A stretch of 64,000 bases of DNA. Origin: Eledone cirrhosa. Its lineage: Eukaryota. The notes below the pieces were generated by a model. That model was not told the DNA's origin, made no database searches, and saw only the letters and a program-made list of their open reading frames with translations. The stretch covers positions 15,252,001-15,316,000 of the forward strand of contig OZ024753.1 of the NCBI GenBank assembly GCA_964016885.1, written 5' to 3'. A program made the translations under genes and the position numbers. Numbering within the stretch: position 1 is the stretch's first letter; every line of letters begins with the position of its first letter. This document shows, in pieces, positions 1 through 13,132 of the stretch.

Positions 1-1760
1 CGCATTAATAATCCCTGTTTCTTGTTTAGGAAACTGTTTGATAGCAGACCGCATTAATCGTCCCTGTTTCTTGTTTAGGAAACTGTTTCATAGCAGACTG
101 CATTAATCATCCCTGTTTCTTGTTTAGGAAACTGTTTGATAGCAGACCGCATTAATCGTCCCTGTTTCTTGTTTAGGAAACTGTTTGATCGCAGACCGCA
201 TTAATCGTCCCTGTTTCTTGTTTAGGAAACTGTTTGATAGCAGACTGTATTAATCATCCCTGTTTCTTGTTTAGGAAACTGTTTGATAGCAGACCGCATT
301 AATCGTCCCTGTTTCTTGTTTAGGAAACTGTTTGATAGCAGACCGCATTAATCGTCCCTGTTTCTTGTTTAGGAAACTGTTTCATAGCAGACTGCATTAA
401 TCATCCCTGTTTCTTGTTTAGGAAACTGTTTGATAGCAGACCGCATTAATCGTCCCTGTTTCTTGTTTAGGAAACTGTTTCATAGCAGACTGCATTAATC
501 ATCCCTGTTTCTTGTTTAGGAAACTGTTTGATAGCAGACCGCATTAATCGTCCCTGTTTCTTGTTTAGGAAACTGTTTGATAGCAGACCGCATTAATCGT
601 CCCTGTTTCTTGTTTAGGAAACTGTTTCATAGCAGACTGCATTAATCATCCCTGTTTCTTGTTTAGGAAACTGTTTGATAGCAGACCGCATTAATCGTCC
701 CTGTTTCTTGTTTAGGAAACTGTTTGATAGCAGACCGCATTAATCGTCCCTGTTTCTTGTTTAGGAAACTGTTTGATAGCAGACCGCATTAATCGTCCCT
801 GTTTCTTGTTTAGGAAACTGTTTGATAGCAGACCGCATTAATCGTCCCTGTTTCTTGTTTAGGAAACTGTTTGATAGCAGACCGCATTAATCGTCCCTGT
901 TTCTTGTTTAGGAAACTGTTTGATAGCAGACCGCATTAATCGTCCCTGTTTCTTGTTTAGGAAACTGTTTCATAGCAGACTGCATTAATCATCCCTGTTT
1001 CTTGTTTAGGAAACTGTTTGATAGCAGACCGCATTAATCGTCCCTGTTTCTTGTTTAGGAAACTGTTTGATAGCAGACCGCATTAATCGTCCCTGTTTCT
1101 TGTTTAGGAAACTGTTTGATAGCAGACCGCATTAATCGTCCCTGTTTCTTGTTTAGGAAACTGTTTGATAGCAGACCGCATTAATCGTCCCTGTTTCTTG
1201 TTTAGGAAACTGTTTGATAGCAGACCGCATTAATCGTCCCTGTTTCTTGTTTAGGAAACTGTTTGATAGCAGACCGCATTAATAATCCCTGTTTCTTGTT
1301 TAGGAAACTGTTTGATAGCAGACCGCATTAATCGTCCCTGTTTCTTGTTTAGGAAACTGTTTCATAGCAGACTGCATTAATCATCCCTGTTTCTTGTTTA
1401 GGAAACTGTTTGATAGCAGACCGCATTAATCGTCCCTGTTTCTTGTTTAGGAAACTGTTTGATAGCAGACCGCATTAATCGTCCCTGTTTCTTGTTTAGG
1501 AAACTGTTTGATAGCAGACCGCATTAATCGTCCCTGTTTCTTGTTTAGGAAACTGTTTGATAGTATACAGCATTAATCATCCCTGTTTCTTGTTTAGGAA
1601 ACTGTTTCATAGCAGACCGCATTAATCGTCCCTGTTTCTTGTTTAGGAAACTGTTTGATAGTATACAGCATTAATCATCCCTGTTTCTTGTTTAGGAAAC
1701 TGTTTGATAGTAGACATCATTAATCATCCCTGTTTCTTGTTTAGGAAACTGTTTGATTTA
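1..1760. repeat. 49-bp tandem satellite, about 36 copies, truncated by the window start
   Basis: Unit cgcattaatcgtccctgtttcttgtttaggaaactgtttgatagcagac recurs with period 49 (starts at 1, 50, ...). Last copies are degenerate. Confidence 0.97.
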
Positions 1761-1954
1761 AGATGTTTATATTAATCCCAAAACCTTTCATCATAATTTC
1801 ATTTATTGAATATTTGTTGAGTTATGCTCAAGCTCCAGCTCAATAATGAGTTATATTATGAAATGTCTTTTAAACTCTTGATCATTTATTAGATTATTTG
1901 AAAATAGGAGGCAGTTTTCATATATTTTTTCAGCAAGATTCTTGATGTGAAATT

Positions 1955-2085
1955 AAAAAGGTCATAGAATGTGTCACGAAAGAACTTTGACAAACCAATG
2001 AATTACAAACACTAAAGATAATGTGAAAATTAAATGGTGCGTGTGTTTCTTTCTAATGGCAACATGACCATCCTCAAATATAACA
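1955..2085 (+). mobile_element. Degenerate fragment of the hammerhead-bearing family at 2693-3140 / 20483-20900
   Basis: gtcatagaatgtgtcacgaaagaactttgac and ggcaacatgaccatcctcaaatataaca match the other copies. No CUGA core remains. Confidence 0.6.
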
Positions 2086-2656
2086 GACTAGACAATGTTT
2101 TTCATGAGGAATATGCAGCAAAAGTGTTAAAGTGCCTATATTTATCTACAAATCTTCCATCATCATTTCTGAAAGAACCTTTGTTAAACTCTATTCCAAA
2201 CCCCAGCATAATTATGAGAAGGTTAGCTATCTTATTGAAGCCCTCAAATTCTTAATTATTTTGAAAATTATTACAACATTATAGACAATATGTTTCATTG
2301 CGAATATGGTAAAAAAGAGTTAACTTATATCGAATTAGCCTACAAGTGAAATTACAATTCAAACAACAAAACAAAATGATTGGTTTTTTTCATTCTATTT
2401 ACTGTAAACTTCAAAGTAAATTTAATTAGGTTGATGCTGTTTTTAAATACAATTAAATGTTTTACAATAGAGTAAACGAATTTCTTTAGTTTTCTTCAGC
2501 AGATGTGACAACCAGCTCTGATTGTTATCTTGTAAAGAAACATATAGCACTGAACAAGTCTAAAATCCAAAGAATACCGTACAAAAATTCCTACTATAAC
2601 CTCGGGTTGACCAATGGTTTTTAAGTGGAATATGGTGACTGAAAACAGCGAAGCCC

Positions 2657-2691
<35 letters not shown>

Positions 2692-2785
2692 CTATAATTT
2701 AGGAGGGTCATGCTGCCAATAAAAACGCATGCACTTGTTAGTTTTCACTTGGTTGGTTTCATAACCGGTTGGTTGTTTATATATT

Positions 2786-2828
2786 GTCAAAGCTCTTTCG
2801 TCACACATTCTGTGACCTCCTCAGTGAC
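2786..2828 (-). ncRNA. Minimal type I hammerhead ribozyme motif
   Basis: Minus strand reads gtca-CTGAGGA-g-GTCACA gaatg TGTGAC-GAAA-gagc-TT-tgac. Stem I gtca/tgac, 6-bp stem II, minimal stem III, CUU triplet. Confidence 0.7.
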
Positions 2829-2913
2829 TAGGTTTTTATTTTGTGTCTCTCCTTTCTTCTATCCTACACCATCTTGTTTTGTAAACAAAGGAGAGGGACA
2901 AAATAAAAACCTA

Positions 2914-2956
2914 GTCACTGAGAAGGTCACAGAATGTGTGACGAAAGAGCTTTGAC
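2914..2956 (+). ncRNA. Hammerhead motif with mutated core (CUGAGAA)
   Basis: gtca-CTGAGAA-g-GTCACAgaatgTGTGAC-GAAA-gagc-TT-tgac. Mirror copy of 2786-2828 with one core substitution. Confidence 0.55.
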
Positions 2957-3210
2957 AATATATAAACAACCGTCTGGTTATCAAATCAAACAACCAGAAA
3001 TCTATAACAAACTGAAGTGAAAAACCAACAGGTGCGTGAGTTTGTGTGTTTTTTTTTGGCAGCATGACCCTCCCAAAGTATAACAATATCTGTTTCAACA
3101 CACGTTTTCAGATAAAAAATCTTGCAAAAATTCAAAAACAATATATATATATATAGAGAGAGAGAGGGAGAGAGGGAGAGGGAGAGGGGAGAGAGAGAGA
3201 GAGAGAAACG

Positions 3211-3250
<40 letters not shown>

Positions 3251-3254
<4 letters not shown>

Positions 3255-3533
3255 TTTATCAAGTTACAGTGAATACCACAGGGAATACCACTAACGTATG
3301 GAATCTATAAACATGAAAGGTGAGGTAGATACATTATAATTAAAAATATAAATTAAAATGAATTTACCCACCCCTGTAACTATATATCTGACTTCGTTCT
3401 TGTGTGGCATATAGTTACAGAGGTGGGTAAATTCATTTTAATTCATATTTTTAATTATAATGTATCTACCTCACGTTTCGTAGTTTATAGATTCCATACG
3501 TGAGTGGTATTCGCCGTAACTTGATAAACACAC
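3251..3533. repeat. Long imperfect inverted repeat (fold-back element)
   Basis: agtgtttatcaagttac...cccctgtaactatat pairs with atatagttacagagg...gtaacttgataaacac around a loop of about 25 nt. Confidence 0.85.
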
Positions 3534-3653
3534 TCTCTCACTCTAGTGTGTTTTCCTCTCTCTATTACATTTGAAGAGCCCGGGATTCTTTTTCATTTGA
3601 CCTCATTAATTACAGGGACTAATGCGAGTTTCTGACTCCGTTAATTCATTTTG

Positions 3654-3684
<31 letters not shown>

Positions 3685-3686
3685 AA

Positions 3687-3905
3687 TGAAGTAATTCCGT
3701 CGGAAAAGTCCAGGAAAAAAGAGTGCTCTATGTAGGTAACAGAGCTTAATAGTTATGTGATAAACAACATAAGGCAATTATTTCATTTACCAGTGGTTTC
3801 TTAAAAGCAAAAAAAGAGGATTTTTTCATTCTGATGATTGAAAGCAAAATTTTTTTGCTTTTAAGAAACCACTGGTAAATGAAATAATTGCCTTATGTTG
3901 TTTAT

Positions 3906-3910
<5 letters not shown>
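3687..3910. mobile_element. Fold-back hammerhead element (family also at 9457-9710 and 61095-61390)
   Basis: taaacaacataaggcaattatttcatttaccagtggtttcttaaaagcaaaa is inverted at about 3853-3905. The tail gaagtaattccgtcggaaaagtccagg is nearly identical to 61098 onward. Microsatellite flanks. Confidence 0.8.
3824..3884 (+). ncRNA. Type I hammerhead ribozyme
   Basis: tttcatt-CTGATGA(3831-3837)-ttgaaagcaaaa..ttttgcttttaa-GAAA(3865-3868)-CC act GG-TA-aatgaaa. 7-bp stem I, about 12-bp stem II, stem III ACC/GGT, GUA triplet at 3875-3877. Confidence 0.88.
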
Positions 3911-3938
<28 letters not shown>

Positions 3939-3941
<3 letters not shown>

Positions 3942-4133
3942 AACGAGTAGGACCCCGACGGCTGAGCTCAAGCCGTTTCGACGGCTAATTCTGGATCCAG
4001 AATTAGCCGTCGAAACGGCTTGAGCTCAGCCGTCGCGGTCCTACTCGTTCCTATTACCCACTCTACTACCCTAAGTATTGAGTACTTTGGTGCGTTATGG
4101 TCCATCTGGTTCCTTACCATATTTCCTTGGTTA
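3939..4133. mobile_element. Abundant (TA)n-flanked hairpin element carrying the 3' half of a hammerhead (about 15 copies in the window)
   Basis: Palindrome gaccccgacggctgagctcaagccgtttcgacggcta / tagccgtcgaaacggcttgagctcagccgtc plus a conserved tail of about 80-bp (...ccactctactaccctaagtattgagtac...ccttaccac). Confidence 0.8.
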
Positions 4134-4193
4134 TATATATATATATATATATATACGCGCGCACATATACACACACACGCAAGCACATTTATA

Positions 4194-4364
4194 TACAAGT
4201 GTGGGCTGAAGATTTCGTAGGATGACAATGAAGGAGTGATGCTAGAGCTGTGATTTCAATTCTTATAATTAATAACTACATTGTTTCTTTCTAGGGACTA
4301 TGTTGAAATATGTACCTCACTTGAGAATATCTTCGTCAGCCTATGATATATTCAGCCGACCCTC

Positions 4365-4367
<3 letters not shown>
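4194..4367. mobile_element. Mariner-like MITE
   Basis: Imperfect TIRs tacaagtgtgggctgaaga / ttcagccgaccctcgta in TA context. Homologous copy at 27563-27733 shares gaaggagtgatg..agagctgtga. Confidence 0.6.
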
Positions 4368-4426
<59 letters not shown>

Positions 4427-4892
4427 AGGCCGGGTAAAATTCTCGAGATCCATGGATCTCTCAAGCGGTCTCTGTCCCTCATTATCGCTGCCATGTCCTG
4501 CGTCTCCGCCCGTCCGCGTGCGTGCGTGCGTGCATGAGCGCGCGTTTGAGTCTTCGACTATGTTTAAATAGACTAAGTATGAAACGTGAAAACAGATAAG
4601 TTCTGGAGTGGTTATGCTCGATTAAATCAAGGCTGTGCTCCAATAGTTAATGACTAAAAGCAGTAAAAGAATATATATCTATATTAAGACGCAATTACCC
4701 AGTACATTACTAAAATAATGTACCAGAAATATACTGGGTAATTGCTGGCCTTGTGCCAAAATTAGAAATAATTATTACTTAAGACGTTGCTGTATGATGA
4801 CTGTATTAGGTAATCACGAACACCACAGAAATACGTATTCCAGCAGATTATGAATAAAATGTATTATGAAATCTAAATATGGCTTTCGCAAT

Positions 4893-4928
<36 letters not shown>

Positions 4929-6554
4929 CAAATAAATAAAATAAATAGAGAGAGCTTATCCAAGTTATACTTAAGACATAATTTTAGTCCTACATATGTT
5001 TCAATGTATAACGTCGGGCCGTAACATGATGTACACGGGGTATCTGTCCGTTGTCTACATATCTTCAGGAATATGTATGTTGCTATTAGTTTCAACATTA
5101 ATACATACATGAAATAACTTCATACCATGGATGAGCCTCATTCCAATTAATATAATGCAATTAAAAGTACATTTAAAAGCAACACCAAAGCATAGCAAAA
5201 GACAGTATATGAAAATTTAGTTCTTCTGTGCATCCATACATTAACAGATATATTATTAAAATTACAAGATATTTTTTAGTTTTTAAATTGACAAGAAAAG
5301 TCTAATATTTAGTCAATCATGCGATGGGTGTATAAAAATATATAAAAAAATAAAAAATGGCAAATAGGATTTATAATTTCGTAATAATTCAAGTCTGAAA
5401 TTAATTCTTCTTAAGAAGATTTGCGCGGGTTTAGAAGAAAAAATTAATGGTAAAACACTGATATTAATCATATTTTATATTAATAAATAAAATAAATATA
5501 GAAAGATAGATAATTAAACAATTATGTATTCGTATGTTCAGTAAAAGTGTGTATAAGAATATATACAGGAGACTATAGTGTTATACTGATTATTATTAAT
5601 TTAAATTACAGGAACAGAAATTGCCACTATTATGGGTAAATAATTAAATAAAACATGTTCCCTGTATCTAAAGTGGCTTTGCAATTATTATATTTTGCCT
5701 CTAACATCTTTGAAAAATCCCGTAACAAAACATATTTACCCTCAAGAATCAGCCATCAAAACGAATTGAATTTGACCGGAAAATTAAACGGTGTTTTATG
5801 AGATTGAAGCAACTGTGTAATGTTCCTAGGGTGTGGCTTTTTAAATACGGACCGTTGTAGGAGGTGCAGGTTCAATTTTAGACAACAGAGACCAGTCGTG
5901 CAAGTTACGTCTGACAGCCTTTATTATTATTACTGTTACATCAAGTTAGTGAGCTCTACACCAGCCCAACTGTATGTTACACATACCATTTAGCCTCCAC
6001 GAGGTTTAAAGAAACCTAAGATGGGATTATAATGCACATCTACAATACAGAATATTATAACCGAAAGATCGATATAGGACAAACGCCCATATGTAGCCCA
6101 AAACACGTTCTTGTGCTCAAAATTTAGAATGCCCGGTTTCCCACCCACCAGACCGACCAGATCCCATGACTATCCTAGGCATGGGAGGGTCAGATGCCAT
6201 TCCCACTGCTTAATGTGGTATCGGTATGGAATCACTAAATATACATCATATGCATATGACCAGAACCTGTTACAACATTAGGGGTGGTATAATTTGATAT
6301 CTTAATTTGGGCAGGATAGACTTCAGAAAGAGGTACACTTAAACTGCCAAGATAGACGCACAAGACAACCCACCCCGTTATAACGTCTAATATTGGTATA
6401 CACTAATATTGGTATAAATCTACACTTTTTACACGGAATATCAAATTCACGCAAAATCAATCAGTGCTGAAACGAGTATCACATGTAGTAATTAACATTT
6501 CTCACCAACTGGTTATATATATATATATATATATATACATGCACATAGATAACA

Positions 6555-6706
6555 GATTAAAGTTTAAAATAACAGATTAAAGTTTAAGCAAAGAATCGCT
6601 GCTTTCACCCTTAACGGGATCTTCTGAAATATTTGGTCTACGATTTTATATATATATTATCCTTATCGAGCCCTCTTCGGATTTCAGTCTTCACATTTAT
6701 TTGTAT

Positions 6707-6710
<4 letters not shown>
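6555..6710. repeat. (TA)n-flanked dispersed repeat, second copy at 34366-34547
   Basis: aataacagatt..gtttaagcaaagaatcgctgctttcacccttaacg..atcttctgaaa..atccttatcgagccctct is shared between the two loci. Confidence 0.75.
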
Positions 6711-6746
<36 letters not shown>

Positions 6747-7660
6747 GTATGTATGTGTGTGTGCTTCTGTGTGTGTGTAACATAAAATAACAGAGATATA
6801 AAAAATTGATATTATTAGGTTCACACTTTGTATAAAAAAGAGAAAAAGAAGTTCAACGTATCGGACTTTAGCCCTTCGTCAGGAGAATACAAGTAGGAGA
6901 TGAAAAAGGAAACAATTAAAAAAAGGAGGACATGTGTGTGTGTGTGTGAGTGTGTGTGTGAGTGAGCGTGTGTCTGTGTGTGAGAGTGAGTGTGTGAGTG
7001 AGTGAGTGAGTGAGTGTGTGTGTGTAGGTATTAATGTTATGCGTATATAGGTAGGAAGATCTAAACATTGTTGTTGAAATTGCCTAACTGTGTCTAGCTT
7101 TATAAGGATTGGGTATGAGTGAGATTAGTCAGTGTATGTAACAAATATAAAAGAAAAATAGTGACAAAAGTATCGTTGAAACAACATGCAACTTTAACCT
7201 AATATTGAACTGTTTGCTTTCATTTTTGGCGGGAATTCCAGTTTTTTTAATTCAACCCCTCGATACGTGGCTTTCTCAACAAAAGGGTTTCCCTACAACA
7301 CTGAACAGCTAGCATTCTGTGCAGATGTGTTTACTTTAAATATCAAAACATTGAGATGAGCATCCTGCTGATGGGCTCAGCAGTCCAAATTACGTAATAT
7401 CTGTTGATATTACGTAATTCTCTACATATAACACTTTTAATATCTGCTAGAGACAGTTTGTTGCGCAGAAACGAAATTAATCCAGGAATTTGATACGGAA
7501 ATATCACCACCAAAACATTGCCATCTTACTCACTAATTAACTAATGTGTTCACTTTATAAGATAATTTTCCCTTTTTTACTTGCAAATTTATCTCATTGA
7601 ATGATGACCGGAGAATGCTAAAATAAATTCGGTGACCTCTGTATATCGTATGTGTGTGTG

Positions 7661-7728
<68 letters not shown>

Positions 7729-7734
7729 TAATTT

Positions 7735-8475
7735 TCTTTTTATTTGCCACCAGGGCATCAAAAAGTGGGACAAGTACAATGGGGGGAGTTTACATGAAAA
7801 GGCGTCCCCAAGGAGGCAATAACAAAGTATAAAAATAAAATAAAATATAACAAAATAAATTTTATAACAAAATCCTCAATATGGAGGAGGCGCATTGGGG
7901 GGTCGCACACACCCCCGAAAACAATGTGCAACCCTTCTCCTCAGGAGCACAGAGAGGGGGTGCTCCCTTGATCTTTCATCTTCCTCACCTATAGTCTGAT
8001 GTAGAGTGAAGGCCCATTCACACGGGCCATTCTCGCCACTTTCACCCATCTTTCATAAAAACGGCTGGGGTGTAGCACCTCTCTCTCCGTCCTGATCCTT
8101 CTTCCGAAATGATATCGGCAGAAACGGACCAGTTGTTGGCCAGAGAGAAAGGTGTCTGACCTCAGTCCTTTCAGACGCGTCCACCATACAACCTCTTTCG
8201 CCATGGCTATTACGCACAGAAACACCGCCTCTCCTTCGTTTTTGAAGAGGGGAGGCGGCTTGATCGTTACAATAGACTCGGTGGTCAACCGGATCGGTCC
8301 CACCTTTGACAGCAGTTGTTCGACATAGCCCCACAGATCGACAATGCCCGAGCAGTGTACCAATGCGTGTGCAACGGTTTCCTCGTCGCACACGCATCTG
8401 GGACAGATCTTTTTCGAGGGGTCCCTACCCGGGCGCCCGTGTCTGTAGAGCCTTTCTCGAACGGGCAGAGCCCTT
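7735..8475 (-). mobile_element. 5'-truncated Tx1/L1-like LINE 3' end (zf-RVT-like C-terminus and 3' UTR)
   Basis: Minus strand encodes ALPVRERLYRHG...CPRCVCDEETVAHALVHC (CCHC-type motif) through ORF 7989-8393. Near-identical copy at 63791-64000. Confidence 0.8.
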
Positions 8476-8519
8476 AGATAGATAAATATACACGGGTGTG
8501 TATTATTGTGTATAAAAGA

Positions 8520-8778
8520 TTATATTAATAAGAGGAATTCCAACTTTGTCTGATTTACTCGTTTTATTTACAATCCTTTAAAATTTATAATGGTATTATA
8601 ATGAAATAGTATGATAGAATATTAAATGTTAAGTGTTAATTGAACACTGTTAAGTGTCAATTAACACTTAACATTTAATATTCTATCATACTATTTCAAT
8701 ATAATACCATTATAAATTTTAAAGGATTGTAAATAAAACGAGTAAATCAGACAAAGTTGGAATTCCTTTTATTAATAT
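8520..8778. repeat. Near-perfect palindrome with arms of about 120 bp
   Basis: tatattaataagaggaattccaactttgtctg... is mirrored by ...cagacaaagttggaattccttttattaatata. Centre about 8650. Confidence 0.9.
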
Positions 8779-8834
8779 ATATATATATATATATTTGCGT
8801 GTGTGTGTGTGCACATATATATATATATAAATAT

Positions 8835-9058
8835 GTTTATCCCGAGTTGAGTCGGGGTAACCACAGTAAATAAAGTACTCAATACATGTGTAGAGAGTGA
8901 CGACAAAGTTTTACATAGAAAATGCTTCTACAGGACTAGAACTGTTTCATTCGTATGAAGTCATTAGGAATACCAGTTGAAATACTAATGATATACTATT
9001 CCAGCCGGATTTCCTAATGATTTCATACGAATGAAACAGTTCTAGTCCTGTAGAAGTA
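8835..9058. mobile_element. Fold-back element with two core-mutated hammerheads (CUAAUGA)
   Basis: ttc-CTAATGA(9014-9020)-tttcatacgaat-GAAA-CAG ttctagtc CTG-TA-gaag, with a mirror copy at about 8925-8970. Same family as 14462-14832. Confidence 0.7.
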
Positions 9059-9095
9059 AATTCTATATAAACCTATAACCCCCCCTCTCTCTTTG

Positions 9096-9156
<61 letters not shown>

Positions 9157-9166
9157 ATATATATAC

Positions 9167-9213
<47 letters not shown>

Positions 9214-9254
9214 CATATATATATATACATATACATATATACATATATATATAC

Positions 9255-9303
<49 letters not shown>

Positions 9304-9376
9304 CATATATATACATATATATATACATATATATATATACATATATATACATATATAAATACATATATATATATAC

Positions 9377-9459
<83 letters not shown>

Positions 9460-9480
9460 ATAAACACCATAAGATAATTA

Positions 9481-9541
9481 TTTCATTTACCAGTGGTTTC
9501 TTGAAGGCAGATATTTATATGTCTTCAGTCGTCAGAATGAA
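9481..9541 (-). ncRNA. Type I hammerhead ribozyme
   Basis: Minus strand: ttcatt-CTGACGA-ctgaag..cttcaa-GAAA-CC act GG-TA-aatgaa. Confidence 0.8.
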
Positions 9542-9557
9542 TAAATGACCTCATTTA

Positions 9558-9615
9558 TTCATTCTGACGACTGAAGACATAAATATCTGCCTTCAAGAAA
9601 CCACTGGTAAATGAA
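9558..9615 (+). ncRNA. Type I hammerhead ribozyme
   Basis: ttcatt-CTGACGA(9564-9570)-ctgaagacataaatatctgccttcaa-GAAA(9597-9600)-CC act GG-TA-aatgaa. First stem II pair is a C/A mismatch. Confidence 0.8.
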
Positions 9616-9702
9616 ATAATTATCTTACGTTGTTTATTCCATAACTAATAAGCTCTGTAGCCTACACAGAGCACTCTCTTTTCCTGCACATTTCCTACGG
9701 AA

Positions 9703-9749
<47 letters not shown>

Positions 9750-9751
<2 letters not shown>

Positions 9752-11125
9752 GGCCTCCTTCGGTCAAGGCTGACCATGTGCAGTATCCTGTTGTTAGCTT
9801 GGCTGGAGCAGTGTTTCCGGTGGCTAAACAGATTTATACCTGAGTGACAGTCTCTGTCACGTTGATCACATCTGTATATTGCCACGTTTCAGGATATGCG
9901 ACTAGTGGACTCTGGTACACTGAATGAAAAAGACCACACGTTCTACTGGCAGGGGAGGGGCTCAGACGAGCCCAGAGAGCATGGAGTAAACTTTGCAGTG
10001 GAGAACCTCTTTCTGAGTATGGTAGAACCAGAGAATAACGGCTCAGAGAGACTTCTCACTCTCCGCCTCAACACCACCGCAGTTCCCGCCACCCTTGTCA
10101 GCCTGTATGCCTCAACGTTGTCCTCCACATCAGACACAAAGGACAGGTTCTAGGAGAACCCTGCATCCATTATCAGCAACATCCTCAATAGGGAACAAAT
10201 CCTTCTCCTTGGGGATGTCAATGCCAGAGTGGGAGCAGATCATGACTCATGACCCTCCTGCATTGGACAGTTTAGAGTGGGTAAAATGAATGACAATAGA
10301 CAGCACCTTCTCAAGCTGTGCATCACTAACTCCTACTACCGCACCAAGCGTTTTTCTGGTGACATCCACACTCAAAGAACTGGTACCAGCTGGTCCTCAT
10401 TCTAGTCAGACGTACCGCCATCAAGAATGTTCTCCACACACATTCCTACCACAGTGTAGACTCTGAAACAGACCACTCCATGGTGTGTTGCAAGATCAGT
10501 CTGCCAACGAGGAGATTCGATCGAGTCTAGAAACAGGGGAATCCTTGCTTTGATGTCATCAAGATGTACCAGCCAGAACCTGTAAGGCAATTCACAGAGG
10601 CTCCCAGGAAAGAACCTCACACCTCTCAACATGGGGCCTCTGACACAAAGAAGTGGGAAATGTTGCGAAACATCATGCACAGCACGGCCTTGGCTACCCT
10701 TGGAAAGAGGGTCTGGAGGTGGCATGACTGGTTTGAGGCCAAGTCCATCAGGATGACCCCTGTCATAGAAGTGAAGCCTGCTGCCCTAGCTGAGTACAAA
10801 CGATCACAGAGTGAAAGGAACCGGGAGACTTTTCAGGGCTGCCAGAAGTAAGGGTCAACAGAGTGCAAGGCACTGTGCTAATGAGTACTGGACGCAGCTC
10901 AGTGAGGACATCCGGACATTTGCCGTAACAGGGAACATCAGAGGCATGTAGGATGGCACTGGGACCGGTCCAGAGCTAGACACTGGGGAAGTAATCACAG
11001 ACAGGGGCCGGCAGATGGAGAGATGGGTCGAGCACTACTCTGACCTCTACTCCAGATAGAACACTGTGTCCCACTCGGCTCCCTTTCCTGTTGAGTTCCT
11101 GCCTGTCATAGAAGAGCTTACTCTC
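9750..11125 (+). mobile_element. Degenerate RTE-clade LINE fragment (APE endonuclease and linker), many stops and frameshifts
   Basis: Translations include SGTLNEKDHTFYWQG..HGVNFAV, SERLLTLRL, LVSLYAST, LLGDVNARVG, DHSMV and WHDWFEAK, typical of the RTE/BovB-like ORF N-terminal half. Confidence 0.85.
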
Positions 11126-11194
11126 CCTCACACTTGCCCTCCTTCTCAGAAAAGACCGTAAATGGGAAGGGCACCACCAGGTTTAAAATGTCCG

Positions 11195-12300
11195 GAACAC
11201 ACAAGTACACACACCACACACGCACACCATATGCATGCACACCGCACACACACGCACACCACACACACAATAACACGCACACTACACACGTACACCGCAC
11301 ACACAAACACACACACACCACACACGCACACCACACACGCACACCACACACGCACACCATATGCATGCACACCGCACACACACGCACACCACACACACAA
11401 TAACACGCACACTACACACGTACACCGCACACACAAACACACACACACCACACACGCACGCACTCACACCACACACACCACACCACATGCATGCACACCG
11501 CACACACACAACACACACATGCACGCACGCCACACACACATTCACGCATACCACATGCATGCACACACACAAACACACACACATGCACACACACACCACA
11601 CACGCACACCACAAGCACAAACACACGCACACCACACACACAATCACGCACACCACATACACACACACACACAAACACACACACGTACACACACACAACA
11701 TGCACACACACACACACCACACACACAAACACACGCAAACACACGCACACACAAACACGCACACATGCACACACACACCACACAGGCACACACACACCAC
11801 ACAGGCACACCAAACACGCACACCATACGTACAAACACATGCACACACACACCACATGCACGGACACCGCACACACACGCACACCACACACCACACACAA
11901 ACACACGCACACCACACACATGCAGGCACACTATCACGATTCTCTGTTTCCCTCATGCATCTGGTTGTCTATCATATGTGTGTGAATACATATATATATA
12001 TATAGAGAGAGTGATAGATAGATATGTATGTACATACACCCACACACATACATACACATATATATATATAGAGAGAGATAGATAGATAGATAGGTATGTA
12101 CATATATATACACACACACACATATATATATAGAGAGAGAGAGGTAGATATGTACATATATATGCACACACACACACACACACACACATACACACATATA
12201 TATATATATATATCGAGAGAGAGAGATAGATATGTACATATATATACACACACACGCACATATATATATATAGAGAGATAGATAGGTACATATATATGCC

Positions 12301-12334
<34 letters not shown>

Positions 12335-12361
12335 GAGAGAGAGATAGATAGGTATATATAT

Positions 12362-12428
<67 letters not shown>

Positions 12429-12569
12429 TAGATAGGTACATATATATATACTCACACACATATATATATAGAGAGAGAGATAGATAGATATGTATGTACA
12501 TACACATACACACACACACATATATATATATATATAGAGAGAGAGATAGATAGATAGGTACATACACAT

Positions 12570-12612
<43 letters not shown>

Positions 12613-12635
12613 TAGATAGGTATGTACATACACAT

Positions 12636-12666
<31 letters not shown>

Positions 12667-12887
12667 GAGAGAGATAGATATGTACATATATATGCACACA
12701 CACACTCACACACACACACACATATATATATATAGAGAGAGAGATAGATAGATATGTACATATATATACACACACATATATATATAGAGAGAGAGAGAGC
12801 GAGAGATAGATAGATAGATATGTACATATATATACACACACACATATATATATATAGAGAGAGAGAGATAGATAGATAGGTACATAT

Positions 12888-12932
<45 letters not shown>

Positions 12933-12970
12933 GAGAGAGATAGATATGTACATATATATGCACACACATG

Positions 12971-13016
<46 letters not shown>

Positions 13017-13098
13017 TAGAGAGAGATAGATAGAGAGATATGTACATATATATACACACACACATATATATATATAGATAGATATGTACATATATATG

Positions 13099-13132
<34 letters not shown>

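Larger units (their letters stand above)
2693..3140. mobile_element. Fold-back (palindromic) Penelope-like non-autonomous element
   Basis: Arms about 2693-2860 and 2890-3089 are imperfect reverse complements, with a unique tail to about 3140. Flanked by (TA)n on both sides. Each arm has a hammerhead motif. Confidence 0.75.
9457..9710. mobile_element. Fold-back hammerhead element
   Basis: Arms 9459-9547 and 9551-9638 are reverse complements, with a tail to 9710. (TA)n flanks. Confidence 0.8.

Noticed and set aside
3251-3533. Hammerhead in this palindrome (GAAACGTG on the minus strand)
   Set aside because: No CUGANGA core, and the triplet would end in G, which violates the NUH rule.
5855-6277. 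Possible solo LTR (ttgtagg...ttacaaca)
   Set aside because: 5' TG is missing, no TSD could be found and there is no second copy in the window.
8520-8778. Palindromes as sequencing or amplification fold-back artefacts
   Set aside because: Arms usually differ by several substitutions, and the same families recur at separate loci with different centres. An artefact is not fully excluded for the most perfect ones without reads.
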